Shown here piece by piece: positions 59,105 to 64,000 of a stretch of DNA of 64,000 bases. The DNA comes from Chiloscyllium plagiosum (lineage: Eukaryota). The notes beneath the pieces were generated by a model. It was not told the DNA's origin and searched no databases. It saw only the letters and a list, made by a program, of their open reading frames with translations. Position 1 is the first letter of the stretch. Each line of letters starts with the position of its first letter. Where the stretch lies: NCBI RefSeq assembly GCF_004010195.1, contig NC_057753.1, forward strand, positions 4,812,887 through 4,876,886, written 5' to 3'. The position numbers were made by a program, and so were the translations under genes.

Positions 59105-62100
59105 GGTTTAGAGAAATAAACATGCAAGACTGAAGGTCTTATATCTGAACGGACATAGTATAAGGAATAAGGTAAATGCGCTTGCGGCGCAGTTCGAAAT
59201 TGGCTTTCCTTTATTGGTCAGAGTATTGAGTACAGGAGTTGGGAGGTCATGTTGCGGCTGTACAGGGCATTGGTTAGGCCACTGTTGGCATTTTGCGTGC
59301 AGTTCTGGTCTCCTTCCCATCGGAAAGATGTTGTGAAATTTGAAAGGGTTCAGAAAAGATTTACAAGGATGTTGCCAGGGTTGGAGGATCTGAGCTATAG
59401 GGAGAGGCTGAACAGGCTGGGGCTGTTTCCCCTGGAGGCTGAGGTGTGACCTTATAGATGTTTACAAAATCATGAGGGGCGTGGATAGGGTAGAGATACA
59501 AAGTCCGTTCCTTGGGGTCGTGGAGTCCAGAACTAGAGGGCATAGGTTTAGGGTGAGAGGGGAAAGATATAAAAGAGACCTAAGGGGCAACATTTTCACA
59601 CAGAGGGTGGTACGTGTATGGAATGAGCTGCCAGAGGATGTGGTGGAGGCTGGTACAATTGTAACATTTAAGAGGCATCTGGATGGGTATATCAATAGGA
59701 AGGGATTGGAGGGATATGGGCCGGGTGCAGGCAGGTGGGACTAGATTGGGTTGGGATATCTGGTTGGCATGGATGGGCTGGACCAGAGGGTCTGTTTCCG
59801 AGCTGGACATCTCTATGACTCTATGGCGGGTATCACATGTTGGGCATCGTGGAGACGTGGCTGCAAAGGAATCAGGATTTTGAGCTGAATATTCAAAAAG
59901 GTGGGCAGAGGGGGTGGATTGTCTTATTAGTAAGAAATGAAATTAAATCAATAGTAAGAAACCAAGTAGGGCCAGATGATGTAGAATCTGTGTGGGTGGA
60001 CTTGAGAATCACGAAGGTTAAAAAAAAAACATAGTTGGAGTTATGTACAGGCTTCGAAACTGTAGTCAGGAGCTGGGGCACAAGACACATCAGGAGATCA
60101 AAAGAATGTGTAGAAAAGGCAAAGTTACAGTGATCGTGGGGGAATTTCAATATGCAGGTGGACTGGGAAAATCAGGCTGGTAGTGGATTGCATTTGTGGA
60201 ATGTCTGTGAGATGACTTCTTGGAGCAGCTTGTGGTGGAGCCCACCATGGAACAGGCAATACGGGATTTAGTGTTGTGCAATGAGGCAGACTTGATAAGG
60301 GAGCTTAAGGTGAAGGAACCCTTGGGTGGCAGTGATCATATTATGATTGAATTTACGCTGCAATTTGACATGGAAAAGGTAGAGTCAGAGCGCTAATAGT
60401 ATTACAGCTGAGTAAAGGCAACAAGAGAGGCATGAGGGAGGAACTGGATAGAATTGACTGGGAGTAGAACCGAGCAGGAAAAACAGTCGAATGGCAGGGG
60501 TTTCAGGGAGTACTGCATGAGACATAGCAGAGCGTGGTACAGGGAGAAGGGCTCATGCCCGAAACGTTGATTCTCCTGCTCCTTGGATGCCGCCTGACCT
60601 TCTGCGCTTTTCCAGCAACACATTTTCAGCTCTGATCTCCAGCATCTGCAGTCCTCACTTTCTCCTACAGGGAGGGTGAAGCAACCATAGCTGACTAGGG
60701 AAGTCAGGGATAGAATAAAAGCAAAAGAGAAAGCATATAATGTGGCGAAGGGCAGTGGGAAACCAGAGGATTAGGAACCTTACAATGACCAACAGAGGGC
60801 AAAAAAAAGTTAGAAGATTGTAAGCTAGCCAGTAACATAAAGGAAGATTGTAACAGGACAACAGAGGTGCAAAAGTGGACATTGGGCTGCTGGAAAATGA
60901 CGCTGGAGAGATAGTTGTGGGGAACAGGGAAATGGCTGAGGAACTTAATAGTTACTTTGTGTTAATCTTCATGATGGAAGACATGAGTAATATTGCAAAA
61001 ATTCAAGAGAGTGAGTGGGCAGAACGGAGTATGGTGGCCATCACCAAGGAGAAAGTGCCAGAAAAACTGAATGGCCTGAAGGTGGATAAATTACCTGGAC
61101 CAGATGGACCATACCCTAGAGCTCTAAGGGAGATAGCTGAAGAGATAGTGAAGACATTAGTCGTGATCTTTCAGGAATTGCTAGAGTCAGGAAGGGTCCC
61201 AGAGGACTGGAAAATGGCTAACGTAACGGTTCTGTTTAAAAAGAGAGGAAGGAAAAAGACAGAAAATTACAGAGCGATTAGCTGAACCTCGGTCGTGGGT
61301 AAGATCCTGGAATCCATTGTGAAGGATGAGATTTCTGAATACTTGGAAGTGTATGGTAAAATAGCGCAAAGTCAGCGTGGGGAGGCCATGCCTGACAAAT
61401 CTGCTAGAATTCTTTGAGGAGGTAACGAGCAGGTTAGACCAAAGAGAGCCAATGGATAGTATCTCCCTGGACTTCATGAAGGCCTTTGACAAGGTATCGC
61501 ACAGGAGGCTGCTGAGTAAGATAAGGGCCCATGGTATCAGAGGCAAGCTGCTAGCATGGATAAAAGCTTGGCTGCCTGGCAGAAAGCAGAGAGTGGGAAT
61601 AAAAGGGGTACTTCTTAGGATGGCAGTCAGTGACAAGTGGTGTTCCACAAGGGTCAGTGTTGGGACCAAAACTTCTCACTTTATACATTAACGATCGAGA
61701 GGAAGGAACTGAGGGAACTCTGACCAAGTTTGCAGATGATACAAAGATAGGTAGAGGAGCAGGTAGCATTGAGGTGGTGGAGAGGCTGCAGAAGGATTTG
61801 GACAGGATAGGAGAGTGGGCAAAGAAGTGGCAGATGGAGTACAATGTGGGAAAGTGCGAGGTCATGCATTTTGGTAGGAAGAATAGAGGCATGGACTGTT
61901 TTCTAAATGGGGAGAAAATTCAGAAGTCTGAAGTGCAGCGACTCTTGGGCGTTCTAGTCCAGGATTCTCTCAAGGTAAACTTGCAGGTTGAGTCAGTAGT
62001 TTGGAAGGCTAATGCAATGATGGCATTTATTTTGAGAGGATTTGAATATAAAAGCAGGGATGTACTTCTGAGGCTCTATAAGGCTCTGGTCGGACATTTG

Positions 62101-62620
62101 GAGTATCGTGCGCAGTTTTGGGCCCCATATCTCAGGATGGATGTACTGGCCCTGGAGTGTGTACAGAGGAGGTTCACCAGAATGGTCCCAGGAATGAAAA
62201 GCTTAATATATGAGGAACTTTTGAGGACTCTGATGAAGTTTAGAAGGATGAGGGAGGATCTATTGAAACATACACATTACTGATTGGCCTGGACAGAGTG
62301 GATGCTGGGAAGATGTTCCCATTGGTAGGACAGACTAGGACCTGAAGGCATAGCCTTGGAGTAAAGGGAATACCTTTTAGAAAAGAGGTAAGGAGAAATG
62401 TCTTCAGCCAGACAGTGACAAATCTATGGAATTCACTGCCAGAGAAGGCTGAGGAGGCCAGGTCTTTGACTATGTTGAAGGCTGAGATAGATAGGTTCTT
62501 GAGTATCAAGGGTTATGGAGAAAAAGTGGAAGAATGGGGTTGAGAAATTTTTCAGCCATGATTGAATGGCTGAGCAGACTGGATGGGCTGAATGGCCAAA
62601 TTCCTGCTCCTCTGTCTTAT
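59105..62620 (+). mobile_element. Long decayed CR1-clade LINE ORF2 (APE endonuclease and RT) with nested HER1-like (59205-59822) and Penelope (60547-60665) inserts
   Basis: Encodes LKVLYLN at the endonuclease start, GSDH, PEDWKMANVT, DFMKAFDKVSH and GVPQGSVLGP...YIND...KFADD. The Penelope insert is flanked by tacagggag. Confidence 0.92.
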
Positions 62621-62920
62621 GATACGAGGTTACAGCTGGGACAGTGACCGACTGGATTGGACAGGTGCATGCACTCAATGGACAAATGATCTTGTCTGAG
62701 TCATATTGACTCAATCATACTTTGTCATCTGATCCACAGAGTACAAAGATCTTTCAGGTCGACCTGTGTTACAATCCTTCCAAGGCCATTAGATCCTTCT
62801 GAAGGTATGCTATCCACAGCAGAACACATTTCTCCAGATGCGCTCTAACCAGGGTTTGTTGCATTTCTGTGCAACTCTCACTGATACTTGAAATCTTTTC
62901 CCACGGATAAGCAAACAAAC

Positions 62921-63030
62921 CTTTCCCTTCCACATTCAGAGGAGGATGACATTCAGGTCCTGGGTGGATCCAGCCAATCTGTTAAATCTTGATGTGGCGT
63001 TTGGTCTCTCAACCCTCGACTTCCAGGACC
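62921..63030 (-). other. Putative 5'UTR exon 2 of gene 4 (leader copy)
   Basis: Minus strand reads cctacag|ggtcctgg...caggacctgaatgtcatcc...ctgaatgtggaagggaaag|gtttgt. Confidence 0.55.
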
Positions 63031-63129
63031 CTGTAGGTTTACAAAATTCCTCACCGTCAGTGCAAAATAGAAAAATCAGGAGAGACAAAGATTTCTCTTG
63101 GTTCCAGGTTGCTGTGTGCAACGCCTCTC

Positions 63130-63635
63130 TCCTCCCTTACCAGCCGCAGAACAGGTTAGCGCGTGCGCCCTGCCGAAACTTGCCCCCTACAAACATGTCG
63201 ACCGCGCAGGCGCCCTGATGTCCCGCTGCCCCCAACAAAGTTGGCGGGGGGGGGTCCCGTGCCTGAGCAAAAAGGAGAAACACAGTAATGTCGCCCCTCG
63301 CTGCGAGGAAGGGGGGGGGAACCGATCCTCTCTCAATTCTGCGCCTGTAACCTTCACTTAGGCTTTATGAAAACTTTCTTGCCCACCTCGCTTGCTCTAA
63401 CCCTTCCTCCGCCGCCTACTTCTATTGTTTTTTTCTGTCACACGTCGCCATTTCCCCACCACTTCGTCCAGCTCCAATCACAGTCTGACAACGCGCATGC
63501 TCGGATCCCGATGTGACACTGCGCATGCCCGAGGCCAGGCCGTCCGCACACCCTCATCCCAACCGCCCCGCGCATGCGTCCGGGCCCGAGCCAAGTTCGA
63601 TTCTCATGTTCGTCCCGCTGTGAATGCTGGGTAAA
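63130..63635 (-). promoter_or_regulatory. CpG-rich promoter of ZNF gene 4
   Basis: GCCCCCTACAAACATGTCGACCGCGCA closely matches 23770-23796. A second YY1-like copy near 63230, three CGCATGC NRF1-like sites, and CCAAT at 63474. Confidence 0.68.
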
Positions 63636-63664
63636 AACTTGGCCATTGAATTAGATTCAGGTTA

Positions 63665-63967
63665 AATTAGATTCCCTGCAGAGTGGAAACAGGCCCTTCG
63701 GCCCAACCAGTCCACACCGACCCTCTGAAGAGTAGCCCACCCAGACCCATTTCCCTCTGACTAATGCACCTAACACTACGGGCAACTTAGCATGGCCAAT
63801 TCACTTGAGCTGCACACCTTTGGACTGTGGGAGGAAACCGGGGCACCCGGAGGAAGCCCACGCAGACACAGGGAGAACGTGTTAACTCCACACAGTCAGT
63901 TGCCCAAGGCTGGAATCGAACCTGGGACCCTGGTAGCAGTGCCAATCACTGAGCCGCCGTGTCGCCT
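63665..63967 (-). mobile_element. HE1-type SINE
   Basis: Reverse complement of the HE1 consensus. Confidence 0.88.
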
Positions 63968-64000
63968 ATTGCATTGCAATGGGACAGAAAATTATATCGT

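Noticed and set aside
61630..62283. Active reverse transcriptase gene
   Set aside because: The host LINE has multiple stops, frameshifts and nested insertions.

Overview
Vertebrate genomic DNA, almost certainly a shark (elasmobranch). This is inferred from abundant HE1-type V-SINEs, their CR1-clade (HER1-like) partner LINEs and Penelope-like GIY-YIG elements. The sequence is a draft assembly with three N gaps. The window is part of a tandem C2H2 zinc-finger gene cluster. It has four intact genes with a single coding exon: about 18.3-18.9 kb (+, 7 fingers), 30.4-31.4 kb (-, 11), 42.3-42.9 kb (+, 7) and 56.8-57.6 kb (-, 9). It also has at least three ZNF pseudogenes and seven paralogous CpG-rich promoter-like islands, all in a matrix dominated by retroelements. 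No KRAB, SCAN or BTB exon was seen. The most notable structure: (1) all paralogs share fixed signature fingers at the N- and C-ends around a variable middle; (2) a conserved ~100-nt leader module precedes each coding start and recurs as decayed upstream copies that look like 5'UTR exons; (3) the promoters share a grammar of CCAAT plus TGATTGACGG 10 bp apart, a YY1 doublet and NRF1, and two of them are orphans pointing antisense to intact genes; (4) Penelope-derived termini of three families carry minimal hammerhead-ribozyme motifs with covarying stems; (5) there are short locally templated inverted and direct duplications and a probable solo LTR. Repeat boundaries were read by eye and are approximate, and splice and promoter calls are predictions.
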